DNA of 46,478 bases, from the NCBI GenBank assembly GCA_051294375.1, contig JBJCIZ010000029.1, positions 1 through 46,478 on the forward strand. Direction: 5' to 3'. This DNA comes from Paraspadella gotoi (taxonomy: Eukaryota; Animalia; Chaetognatha). The position numbers and the translations under genes were made by a program. Numbering within the stretch: position 1 is the first letter of the stretch; each line of letters starts with the position of its first letter. This document shows, in pieces, positions 34,801 to 46,478 of the stretch. Below the pieces are notes generated by a model. That model saw only the letters and a program-made list of their open reading frames with translations, had not been told where the DNA came from and made no database searches.

Positions 34801-36586
34801 CATACTTCTCATCAGCAAAGTGTAGATTCAATGCGTCTAAAAATCTTTCTAAATGATTTTCTAGTGAGTTTGATTCTTTATTCCATAGCAGCAGTATTTT
34901 TATTACACTATTATATCCATTGTTAGAAAATTTTTCAATTTCTTTAGTTATGTTGCGAAAACATGCTACACTTTCTTTGTACCATTTTTTTGGATCTTTT
35001 TCAGATGGTTCAAATCGTGTACCCATTAAAAATACCCATTTTGGACACAACTCATCTATTTTTATCTGCTTATCCTTCAATGTTTTACTTTCATATAGTC
35101 TGTTTTTATACTTCTGTACTGAATGAAAAAGACCATGTGTTAATGACATTTCATCAAAGTCCAAAACTAACAACCAAGGTATTTTTGTTAATGCTTTTAA
35201 AAAACGTTGTTCTTCAATGTTCATTTTTCCAGCTATCAAAATGTAATGTCCATAATTACGTCCAGATTGAAATTGTTCCATAGATTTACAAAATAAAGGG
35301 TCATAAAAACTTTCCATTTTTTCTTTTTCTTCATCACTTAATGTTTCAGTCTGGTCTTCATTAAACCATTCCAATATGCGTGTGTAAGTCGCATCAGCAA
35401 TATCAATATTTTCACTAGAACTTCCAATTCTTGTCCATAAAGAATCTTTCTCCATGTTTACTCCATCATCAAAAAAAATATCTTGTTTTACCATTGCTGG
35501 GCTAACATTTGAATTTTTGCTATTCGCAATCTCAAATATTACGATTCGATGATTTAGACCCGAATTTGGATCGCAATACGAAGATTCATAAAACATGAAT
35601 TCTGGAATACTGCTTAAGAATTTGTCATTCATGAAAGGAAATTGTTTGACAGGATCATCAGATGATTTCAAACCTACCACCTGCGCTTTTCCCATCTTAT
35701 ATGAGGGTTTAATCCCAAATAGAATATAGGCTTTTTCTCGGTCAGGTGTATTCCAAAGACTTACAATGTCTTTGAATAAAATAGATTCACTTGGTGGAAT
35801 TGAATGAGCTATTACTGACTTGTTTGGAACTTTGCATGTAAGAATTTTCTCAATATCCTCTTGTTTCAACTTACCTGATTCAAAATTGAAAAATGGTTCA
35901 CACTCGTTTACATTAGTTTTGTCATTCGCTTTAGTACTTTTTAATGTTGGTTCGGAATCTTTACTCAGGGCTTGGTGTAACATTAGTTTAATTTCATTCA
36001 AACCATCTAGTACATCGCCAAAACCCGTCGCCATTTCTTCTTCATATTGAATCTTCAATGCTTCATAATATTTGCATGAGGCTTTTTTATCCAGTGGTCC
36101 ACGCCTCACTATTTCTACGTCGTATTCTCTTTTTGGATCCAAATAAATGATTGCTTTCTCAATTTTTATCCACATTTCGTCAAAACGATCGTCATCAAAT
36201 TCTGGAACTACTGCGTGGGCAAGTTCATTGCGGCAGGAGCGAAGTTCTTTTATGTGCTTGCTAAAATCCCCACTCTGCAATGCTTGAGAACAAAAATTAT
36301 CAATCAAATAGGTTAGTAAAGTTAAGTCCAAAGCTTCTTCAGTGAGTTCTCCTTTTAGAGGGAATAAGGTGAAAAACTGCTTTCGACTGAGTATCTTTTT
36401 CTTCCGAGAGTATTCACCCTGAACATTTTTTAAAATGTTTTCTTTTTTGGGCAATAACCAATCATTCAATGTGGCCGCGCCCTGGGCGATTCTCCACTTT
36501 CGAAGGCATTGTTGCAAAGACGCTGTTCCATGTTTCCAGAGTACAGTAATGAGTCTTAGAAAGTTAGTTTCGTCTTCCTCGGACAT
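31836..36586 (-). CDS. SAMD9-family STAND NTPase with N-terminal DZIP3-like HEPN domain (HEPN-AlbA/Schlafen-SIR2-like-STAND-TPR-OB), ~1580 aa, intronless; assembled as two ORFs because of frameshifts at 33812-34000
   Basis: HEPN: NFLRL..., LDLTLLTYLI, LRSCRNELAH. AlbA: KDIVSLWNT...YILFGIK...VVGL. SIR2-like: IPWLLVLDFD...GLF. SAMD9-type Walker A ILHSPSGGGTTLAMQLLW and Walker B LPVLVFIDE. TPR: HAHLGRFHY..NDFKKAESCFEVAI. OB C-terminus: VRFSLMFSIEKGFEAKDV (compare SAMD9 VSFYLGFSIGGPLAYDI). Confidence 0.9.
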
Positions 36587-36802
36587 TTTATTTAAGAGTT
36601 GTTCTTTTTTTTAAAAGGAAATCCGCGAGTTTGTTTCATGTCTTCCATTTTTTCATTAATATAACAACGAAGGAGGTAGGCATAAAATAAAATCGCCGCT
36701 GAAAACTTACCAAACGAGAATTCAGTGATTTCAGTGAATTCGAACGAACAACCGGTTCAATCCAGTTTGAAAAGACGAAGTCACTAAAAATGAGACGCCC
36801 TT

Positions 36803-38044
36803 AAAAAAAGTTTGAGCAAAAAATGTCGGATCTGCCCACGATCATTAGCGGTAATTAATTATTTAATTAATACAAACTATATAAACTAAAATAATAATTT
36901 AATTAATGAATTAATTAATTTGATCCGAAATGTTTGTGTTTAGGTCTTTTCGTCACTGACCACGACAAAAGCAACGACGACGATGATGGCGACGATGACA
37001 ATAATGATTTACTTGATTGATTGATTGATTAATTATATAATTAATAAATTTATGAACAAAATTGATTGATTGAATAATTAATTAATAGTTAACTAAATAA
37101 ATTAATTGATTGAATAATTAATTGACTGATTAATTAATTATTGATTAATTAATTGACTAATTGATTAATTAAATGATTAATTATTTTATTAATTAATACA
37201 TCTTGCATTTACATTTAATATAAAAAGAAAAAGAAGCATAATCAATTAGTGAAACAGGTTTTTTGTTTTTTCCATTTAAACTCATTTCCACTCAGACGAT
37301 TCCATCAATCAATTAAAGAATAATTAATTAATTCAAGTTAAATAATTAATTAGTCAATTAAATAATTAACTTGATCCGAAATATTTGTTTTGATTGATTA
37401 ATTGACTGAATAATTAATTGACTAATTGATTAATTAACTCATTAATTATTTGATTAATTTATACATCTTGCATTTACATTTAATATAAAAAGAAAAAGAA
37501 GCATAATCAATTAAAGAAACAGGTTTTTTGTTTTTTTCCATTTAAACTCATTTCCACTCAAAAAAATTCCATCGAAACTTGATTTCCAGCTTAATCACAC
37601 ACTTTCCTACCCACATACAAAATTTAAAGTCAATCGCCCTATCCACTCATAAGTAATTGGTGTTCAAATAGTGAAATATATTTTTTTGTTTTTTCCATTT
37701 AAACTCATTTCCACTCGCACAATTCCATGCTAAGGTGGGACGGACGGACAGACGGACAGATGGACAGACGGACGGACGGACGGACATCTTTTTTTTGCAT
37801 AATTTATCATAAGATAGTTTAATTAATTTGCAACAACAATTTATAATTAAAAGACGAACATGTTTTGGCTCTAATTCAAGCCTTCATCAGCGCCAAAATG
37901 TTTTACTATAATGCATAATTTATCATAATTCGATGTTATGACATGATATAAGTGTGTGCCCGACAAGATTGAGGGGGCGGACCAACGGACCGACAAAGTG
38001 AATTATAGAGTCGGGATCTGCTGAAAGCAGATCCCGTCTAAAAA
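36803..38044 (-). mobile_element. Helentron-associated non-autonomous element (DINE-1/HINE-like)
   Basis: Terminal hairpin CGGGATCTGC-TGAAA-GCAGATCCCG (38012-38036) has its arm repeated subterminally at the other end (GTCGGATCTGC, 36825). It also has a (GTCC/GTCT)n microsatellite at 37738-37786, AT-rich central tandem repeats, T-rich ends and no TSD. Confidence 0.8.
37853..37894 (-). ncRNA. Degenerate hammerhead fragment retro-inserted into the HINE
   Basis: - strand GGCG-CTGATGA-A-GGCTT..GAGCC-AAAACATGTT-CGTC (GAAA>AAAA). The insert is flanked by a 17-bp duplication TGCATAATTTATCATAA (37796-37812, 37912-37928). Confidence 0.7.
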
Positions 38045-39349
38045 CTCCCACTTTTTTTCACGCACTCGGCACTCGCTGAACGATATTTGATGACAGCGGC
38101 TGCGGCTGCGGCGGCGATGCTGCGCACGGGTTCTTTCAAAGATTAATTTTAAGGTCAACCTGATCTCGAAGGGACATCGAAGGAACTTTCTCGAACGTTA
38201 TATCTTATAGTTTCATGTGAATTAGTTCATAACATTTTATTAATGATTCCATTTTAAACGTTAGTNNNNNNNNNNNNNNNNNNNNNNNNNGTTTTTATTT
38301 TAATGAGAATCCGTTGTTTTGATGAGTGAAACGTTATTGGTTTGAGAAAAATGGGATGTGCAAAGCAATGGCAATAGGGATTTTTTTAAAAAAACGTGGT
38401 TTTTTGGAGCTAAAATGATTTAAAAAAATTGTTTTGAAAAGGGGAATGAAATTTAAAAAGAGCGGGCATGGAGGGAGAGAAGAGAGAAGAGGAGAGAGAG
38501 AGAGAGAGAGAGAGAGTACAGTTACTAAGTAATGCTCTAGGACATGGTGTAATTAAGATTAATTAATAAGATAAGGAATATGAAGATATTGAAGATTAAG
38601 ATAACTAAATAAAATAGTAAGTAATCTTGCAAGTATGTTGGGACTAAAATCCAGAACCAGAGATTCTAAGCGGGTTTTTGGAAAAATGTTTTTGTTTCAA
38701 ATATATTAAGAAATTAATGCCAAAAATTGACTAAAATAACCAAATTTTCTATGAAGGTAATGAGAATTTTTGAAAAATATTCTTTCATAGAATTGGAGTC
38801 TGTGACCTAAAAGTAATTCATGTCAAATTTCACAAGGAACCGCCTTAACTTTAGGCTGCAACTATTCAATTTATATTTGGAATTGAGTGATCCTTGACCT
38901 TAGCCCGCCTGACCCAAAGCTCAGAGACTGCTTATATTGAACGGTTCTGTCATTAATTCAACAACCAATATTACTGTCTCTTCACAAATTTTAATTTTAT
39001 TTAATAATGAATGAATATATACTTAATTACTTATTCATCTTATATGGGTGATTTTCTTTAATTTTTTTAACTGGAATTTATACAAGAATCATTTTATATG
39101 AAATTGTACAGTTGATGAAACCTAACTATAATTACACAAGTGTACACAATTAAGTATTAGAAATAAATTGATTTCATTTATTAAAAAAAATATTTAAACT
39201 AAAAAGACACCACATTAGCATTAATTACAAAAATCAACCTAAATTTATTGATGATATTTTAATAAATATGCATGTGTAGCAGTATTATTTCAGAATAAAA
39301 AATGATTGAAAAAACACTTTCACTTAAATTTCAAATTCTTCCCTTTTAG

Positions 39350-42300
39350 TTATTTGGCCAAGACGACATCCTTTGCTTCAAACCCGCCTTTCTATAGAAA
39401 ACATAAGAGAAAAACGTACTTGCTCCCATGCATACTTTGAACCAGATAAGGTATCTGTCTTCTTTTGGCAAAAATGACATGTACACTTCAAGACTACTTT
39501 CACGGACTGTGTTCCTCCGAGACTGAAAATAGTTTATGAACATCTACTTTGTCTACTGTACTGAGATAAATCCAGCCGCTAATTTTGCAGAGATTTGGGG
39601 GTTTGATGTAACCAGTACATCGACTGAGGTTTTCCTTGTTCAAAGGCCTTCCGCGATAGGAGCGAATTAACCGTTTTATGCCACCGCTTCTTCCCAGCCA
39701 TTCTTTACTTTGGAATTTCTTGAAAATTGAATCTTATGTTCAAAATCCCTAAGTTGTTGCATAAGTTGCAGTGGATTTAACTGTAACATTCAAAGTCGGT
39801 AACCCTTTTTCTCTGAGCCAATACCTATAAAAAGTTTATAATAGCTGCATAAAAGATCGACAATGCGATTTGCAATTTTTCACGCACTTTTTCCAAAATA
39901 TCTAAAACGTGCCTGGGAGAGTGGATCTTGTTTAAAACTGTTTAACCGTATACCTGTCATCCCACTCCCTTAAATCTATTGCCAAAGGACAGATCCTTTT
40001 CTTCAAGAACATTTTGTTCGTATAGCTTAATTACTATTTTCTAAGTCATCGCCAGCTACATTCGTTAAGCTGCCAAAAATGATCACTGTATTCTGGCTTG
40101 GCAGCCAGTCGATTTAGATACTTCAGCTTGATAATTGCGGCTTTTAAACTCTTGAATTTCTACTATTGCCCGTAAATCTTTCTACTGATATTTTCCAAAC
40201 AATAGTTGATACATTTTATTTACAGAGAGTAATTTATCATTTGCATCTGAATCATCTTCTTCTTTACACATAAACTGGCCTTATAGATCAACTGATCATA
40301 ATTTCAGCTGAATCAATCATTATCTCTTCTGCTTCTTCATCCAAGTTTCTTTTTGTTGCGCAAGAGACAGAGGAAAACTTTTGAATATTAATATTTCTTT
40401 TTTTGTTAAGGTATTACAAAATTTAAGTCTCAAAAAGACTTCTGCTAAGTATGTAGTGTAATAGTGTTCATTCTCTGGCCTTGAATATTTTATCTCGACT
40501 AAGAGCAAAATGTTCTATTCCCCTTTTCATTATTTCTAGTATCTTTCCATCGATTGTTTATTATTAGGGTCCAATGATGAAGAACATCTTGTAACTAAAG
40601 CTTGATCCATAAAATGCATACATATTATAAACTACTCTTGCAGAATTAAAATATTGGTTTCTCACATTTTTGTCACAATTTTTTTTATTTTTTGTACAAT
40701 TTTCAATTCCCTTTTTTTATAAGTAAAATGGCTTACTTCAAAGCAAGATTCTGCTTTTTTAAAATCATTGCATCCTAAAATAATGAAAGCGTCCTAGGTG
40801 AGCATGAGCATGTGGATCTAATCGTATTTTATCCCTAATTTTTTCCAAAACCCTCAGTTTATTCTCTTTTTTTTTAATTGACATTATAATATGTTGGTAA
40901 ATGTTTTTCGGGTTTCATCTTCTGCAGAATCTTTGAGTGTCACGGTCTAAAAATATATTGGTAAGAATTTGTCTATCAGAGTCATTGACTTTTATCACAA
41001 TCCACAACTATGAAATCAATGAATTCTTCGGCAATCTGCTGAGTTCACATGTAAATTCATTTCCAACTTTTTCCTTCTTTTTCTTTATTTCAATCAATTT
41101 GTTCTTTCAATGCTAAATCTAAAACTTCTTTTGCTATGAGGGTTGTGAACCATTTTTATCTTTGTATCATCACTACTATTAGAAAATTTTAAAGATATTT
41201 CAAGTAGTGTTTCAATTTTATCTTCATGTAGCATTTCACCTTCTGGCAACACCCATCACTTTAAAAAAATCGTTGCATTCAAGGTCTCTGCATCCACGGT
41301 GGCATATACATCGATAAATGATAATATTTGCAAACTTTTTTTGTTCTAAATTTAAGGCATTATAAACAATTGTTAGACGAATCGTTTTAAACTTTTAAAT
41401 TTATCTACAAACGCTGTAAGACTGAATTCTATTAAATTGCTGTTTGTTTTTTCAAGTTTTTTTAGCTCAGGCCTTTTTTTAATGTCAAATTTTGCTAAAG
41501 CTACTGATCATCAATTGTGCTTCTGCTCTGGTCTAATTTTCCCCAGACAAATCAAACTGAACTATTTCGACCAGGATTTTTAAAACGTTGAGCTGTTAGT
41601 TAAACATTGACATTTCTTCTAGTAAATAAGACAACAGCAGAAAAAGGCGTCATAATCCTTGTAAAATCCTGAAGCAATGCATTATTAGGTTATCTATGAA
41701 CACAAGAACTGGTAATTCAGTTTTTTGTGAATGAATAACACTTCTTCATTTATTTGTTCCACTAGGTCTGAATTGATTTGGTCAACTATTTTGGTTTTTA
41801 GTTGAACACATGGGTATTCTTTGTGTATGCTCCATAACAACTGCATAGCAAGAGTGTTCCACCTCCAGATGGACTATGTAAAAATTTCTATTTTTCCGCA
41901 GCCAGCCTGATTTTCTAATAGATGAATTATTTCTTTTTTTATTGCTTCAAAAACAACTTCTTCTGAATAGCAATGGAATAATTATTTAACTTTTCCCATG
42001 TTTCCCAGATTAATACTTTCCCCCTTTAAAAAACTCTTTTTCAATCGTTTTCGATTTCTTTCAAATTCTCCAAAATATTCATAAAACTTTATTTAGGTAT
42101 AATAGTTGTAATGTTTCTTCCATCCTAGTACATCTAACCGGTTAAGTCTGGGGTTATTTCCTTTCCCAGGATTTTTCATTGGTAGTAAATACCCTGTTGT
42201 AACGTTATTTTTACCACTTGTTTCTTTCCACATATTTGCAAAGACTTGGTTCATATTTTAGTTGGTTAAGATGCAAATTCTTCCAGACAAAGCTTATTTA

Positions 42301-44172
42301 AATATGGCAGTTCATCGTCAGAAACATGCTACAAAGTTTGACATACTTCTCATCAGCAAAGTGTAGATTCATGCGTCTAAAAATCTTTCTAATGATTTTC
42401 TAAGTGAGTTTGATTCTTTATTTCCATAGCGCAAGTATTTTTATTTACACTATTATATCCATTGTTAGAAAATTTTTTCAATTTCTTTAAGTTATGTTGC
42501 GAAACATGCTACACTTTCTTTTGTACCATTTTTTTGGATCTTTTTCAGATGGTTCAAATCGGTGTACCCATTAAAAATATCCATTTTGGGACACAACTTC
42601 ATCTATTTTTTATCTGCTTATTCCTTCAATGTTTTACTTTCATATAGTCCCTGGTTTTTATACTTCTGTACTGAATGGAAAAGACCATGTGTTCATGACA
42701 TTTTTTCATCAAAGTCCAAAAACTAACAACCAAGGTATTTTTGTTAATGCTTTTAAAAAACGGTTGTTCTCAATGTTCATTTTTCCAGCTATCAAAATGT
42801 AATGTCCATTAATTACGTCCAGATTGAAATTGTTCCATAGATTTACAAAATAAAGGGTCATAAAACTTCCATTTTTTTCTTTTTCTTCATCACTTAAATG
42901 TTTCAGTCTGGTCTTCATTAAACCATTCCAATATGCGTGTGTATTCGCAATCAAGCAATATCAATATTTTCCACTAGAAAACTTCCAATTCCTTGTCCAT
43001 AAGAATCTTTCTCCAATGTTTACTCCATCATCCAAAAAAAATATCTTGTTTTTTACCATTGCTGGCTAAACATTTGAATTTTTTGCTATTCGCATCTCAA
43101 AATATTACGAATTCGATGATTTAGACCCGAATTTGGATCGCAATACGAGATTTCATAAAACATGAATTCCTGGGAATACTGCTTAAGAATTTGTCATTCA
43201 TGAAAGGAAATTGTTTGACAGGATTCATCAGGATGATTTCAAACCTTACCACCTGCGCTTTTCCCATCTTATATGAGGGTTTAATCCCAAATAGAATATA
43301 GGCTTTTTCTCGGTCAGGTGTATTCCAAAGACTTACAATGTCTTTGAATAAAATAGATTCACTTGGTGGAATTGAATGAGCTATTACTGACTTGTTTGGA
43401 ACTTTGCATGTAAGAATTTTTCTCAATATTCCTCTTGTTTCAACTTACTGATTCAAAATTGGAAAAATGGTTCACACTCGTTTAATTAGTTTTGTCATTC
43501 GCTTTAGTACTTTTTAATGTTGGTTGGAATCTTTAACTCAGGGCTTGGTTGTAACATTAGTTTTAATTTCATTCACACCATCTAGTACATCGCCAAAACC
43601 CGTCGCCATTTCTTCTTCTATATTGAATCTTTCAAATGCTTCATAATATTTGCATGAGGCTTTTTTATCCATTGGTCCACGCCTCACTATTTCTACGTCG
43701 TATTCCTCTTTTTGGATCCAAATAATGATTGCTTTCTCTCAATTTTTATTCCACATTTTCGTCAAAACGATCGTCATCAAATTCTGGAAACTACTGCGTG
43801 GGCAAGTTCATTGCGGCAGGAGCGAAGTTTCTTTTATGTGCTTGCTAAAATCCCCACTCTGCAATGCTTGGAACAAAAATTATCAATCAAATAGGTTAGT
43901 AAAGTTAAGCCCAAATCTTCTTCAGTGAGTTCTCCTTTAGAGGGAATAAGGTGAAAAAACTGTCTTTCGCTGAGTATCTTTTTCTTCCGAGAGTATTCAC
44001 ACCTGAACATTTTTTTAAAAATGTTTTTCTTTTTGGGCAATAACCAATCATTCAAGGGTCCGCGCCCATGGGCGATTCTCCACTTTCGAAGGCATTGTTG
44101 CAAGCCGCAGTGTTCCATGTTTCCAGAGTACAATAATGAGTCTTAGAAAGTTAGTTCGTCTTCCTCGGACAT
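39350..44172 (-). pseudogene. Frameshifted second copy of the HEPN-SAMD9-like gene (artefact or pseudogene)
   Basis: ORF fragments are identical to parts of 31836-36586 (e.g. SRPENEHYYTTYLAEVFLRLKFCNTL, KDIVSLWNTPDREKAYILFGIKP), with very many indels. Confidence 0.8.
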
Positions 44173-44389
44173 TTTATTTAAGAGTGTTCTTTTTTTAAAA
44201 GGAAATCCGCGAGTTTGTTTCATGTCTTCCATTTTTTCATTAATATAACAAACGAAGGAGGTAGGCATAAAATAAAATCGCCGCTGAAAACTTACCAAAC
44301 GAGAATTTCAGTGATTTCAGTGAATTCGAACGAAACAAACCGGTTCAATCCAGTTTGAAAAGCGAAGTCACTAAAAATGAGACGCCCTT

Positions 44390-45613
44390 AAAAAAAGTTT
44401 GAGAAAAAATGTCGGATCTGCCCACGATCATTAGCGGTAATTAATTATTTAATTAATACAAACTATAAACTAAATATAATATTTATTAATGAATTAATTA
44501 ATTTGATCGAAATGTTTTGTTTATAGGTCTTTTCGTCACTGACACGACAAAGCACGACAACGATGATGGCGACGATGTACAATAATGATTTACTTGATTG
44601 ATTGATTGATTAATTTATAATTAATAAATTTATGAACAAAATTGATTGATTGAATAATTTAATTAATAGTTAACTAATAAATTATTGATTGAATAATTAA
44701 TGATGATTAATTAATTATGATTAATTAATTGACTAATTGATTAAATTAAATAATTATTATTTTATTAATTAATACATCTTGCATTACATTAATATAAAAA
44801 GAAAAAGAAGCATAATCAATTAGTGAAAAAGGTTTTTTTGTTTTTTCCATTTAAACTCATTTCCACTCAGACGTTTCCATCAATCAATTAAAGAATAATT
44901 AATTAATTCAAGTTTAAATAATTAATTAGTCAATAAATAATTAACTTGATCCGGAAATATTTGTTTTGATTGATTAATTGAACTGAATAATTAATTGACT
45001 AATTGATTAATTAACTCATTAATTTTTGATTATTTACATCTTGCATTTAATTTATATAATAGAAAAAAGTGCATTAATCAATTAAAGAAACAGGTTTTTT
45101 GTTTTTTTCCATTTAAACTCATTCCACTCAAAAAATTCCATCGAAACTTGATTTCCAGCTTAATCGACACTTTCTACCACACATACAAATTTAAAGTCAA
45201 TCGCCCTATCCTCATAAGTAATTGGTGTTCAAATAGTGAAATATATTTTTTTGTTTTTCCATTTAACTCATTTCCACTGCCACAATTCATGCTAAGGTGG
45301 GACAAGACGGCAGGCAGACGCGACGCCGTATGGACAGACGGACGGACGACGGAACTTTTTTTTTTGCATTAATTTATCATAAGATATTTATTAATTTGCA
45401 ACAACAATTTATAATTAAAAGACGAACATGTTCTTTGGCTTTATTCAAGCCTTCATCAGCGCCAAATGTTTTACATATAATGCATTAATTTATCATAATT
45501 CGTGTTATGACATGATATAAGTGTGTGCCGACAAGATTTGAGGGTGGGAGCGCAACGGACCGCAAAGTGAATTATAGAGTTCGGGATCTGCTGAAAGCAG
45601 ACCGCGTCTAAAA
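44390..45613 (-). mobile_element. HINE-like element, duplicate of 36803-38044
   Basis: Same termini, microsatellite and nested hammerhead fragment. Confidence 0.75.
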
Positions 45614-45869
45614 CCTTCCCACTTTTTTTCACGCACTCCGGCACTCGCTGAACGAATTGATGACAGCGGCTGCGGCTTGCGGCGCGGCGATGCTGCGCAC
45701 GGGTTTCTTTCCAAGATTAATTTTAAGGTCAACCTGATCGTCGAAGGGACATCGAAGAACTTCTCGACGTTATATGCTTTATAGTTTCTGTGAATTAGTT
45801 CATAACAATTTTATTAATGATTCATTTTTTAAAACTTAGTGGTCTTTTGTTTTCGTTTAATTTTAATAG

Positions 45870-46103
45870 TATGGTGGACTAAAATCCACCAACCGTTTAT
45901 TCAGCCGGCCATTGTGCCGGAGGCATGTCATTTCGTTCCCAACCCAAAGGTCCGGGTTCTGCCCGGTGGTTCGTCTGCAGGTTAAGAGGGACGGGGCGCT
46001 TAACCCGCTGTACATGGTCTTACGGCTGATCCAACAGCTCAGGGACTGCTTATATTGACGGTTCTCTTCTGTCATAACACTATCAATAATTATGGTCTCT
46101 TCA
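45870..46103 (+). mobile_element. Family A tRNA-box-containing repeat
   Basis: Matches 17554-17782 over its full length. Confidence 0.75.
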
Positions 46104-46117
46104 ATAGTTTAGTTTTT

Positions 46118-46478
46118 ACTTGTCCGTTTCCGTCCGTCGTCCGTCCATCCCATCTTAGCAAAAAACACCAATTACTCAGGATTTGATGGATGGATTGAAA
46201 GGAAATTTTGTGTGTGGGTAGGAAAGTGTGTGATTGAGCTGGAAATCAAGTTTCGATGGTATCGTCCAAGTGGAAATTAGTTAAAATGGAAAAAACAATC
46301 TATTTCACTATTTGATTATGCTTTTTTATTTTTATATTAAATGTAAATTCAAGCTGCATTAATTAATTATTAATAAATAAGTAATTAATTAATTAATTGT
46401 AATTAATTAATTAATTAATTGTGTGATCGAGATTTTTTTTGTGTTTGAGAGGCGAGACAAAGTGGAAAATGATTTTGA
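46118..46478 (+). mobile_element. HINE-like fragment in the opposite orientation, possibly cut by the window end
   Basis: (GTCC)n followed by the reverse complement of 37440-37735 (GTGGGTAGGAAAGTGTGTGATT.AGCTGGAAATCAAGTTTCGATGG). Confidence 0.75.

Larger units (their letters stand above)
38595..45840 (+). repeat. 7.2 kb direct duplicate of 31088-38265 (likely uncorrected long-read or gap-fill artefact)
   Basis: Colinear throughout; differences are overwhelmingly 1-bp indels. The first copy stops at the N gap exactly where this copy carries on. Confidence 0.9.

Noticed and set aside
31836-36586. Bacterial contaminant defence operon (Avs-like)
   Set aside because: It is flanked by repeats shared with the rest of this intron-containing scaffold, has no operon context, and DZIP3-type HEPN is typical of animals.

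Overview
This is AT-rich eukaryotic (probably invertebrate animal) draft-assembly DNA with N gaps, short GT-AG introns and dense repeats; it is not prokaryotic. Main contents: (1) an intronless ~4.75 kb SAMD9-family innate-immunity gene (- strand, 31836-36586). Its SAM domain is replaced by a DZIP3-type HEPN domain with an intact RxxxxH motif, followed by a degenerate AlbA/Schlafen domain, a SIR2-like domain, a STAND NTPase, TPRs and an OB-fold. It is split by three clustered frameshifts and followed by an indel-riddled 7.2 kb duplicate that is probably an assembly artefact. (2) A six-exon globin gene missed by the ORF track (TyrB10/HisE7/HisF8, non-canonical introns), directly upstream of a multi-exon 7TM/GPCR-like gene. 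(3) A dispersed family of Penelope-like retroelement fragments carrying minimal hammerhead ribozymes, often as inverted pairs with target-site duplications; one ribozyme is interrupted by a solo LTR. (4) Helentron-associated (DINE-1/HINE-like) elements, tRNA-box-containing repeats, MITEs, a decayed SGNH-hydrolase plus Ulp1-protease cassette, and mini/microsatellites. All calls come from reading the sequence by eye; no searches were run.
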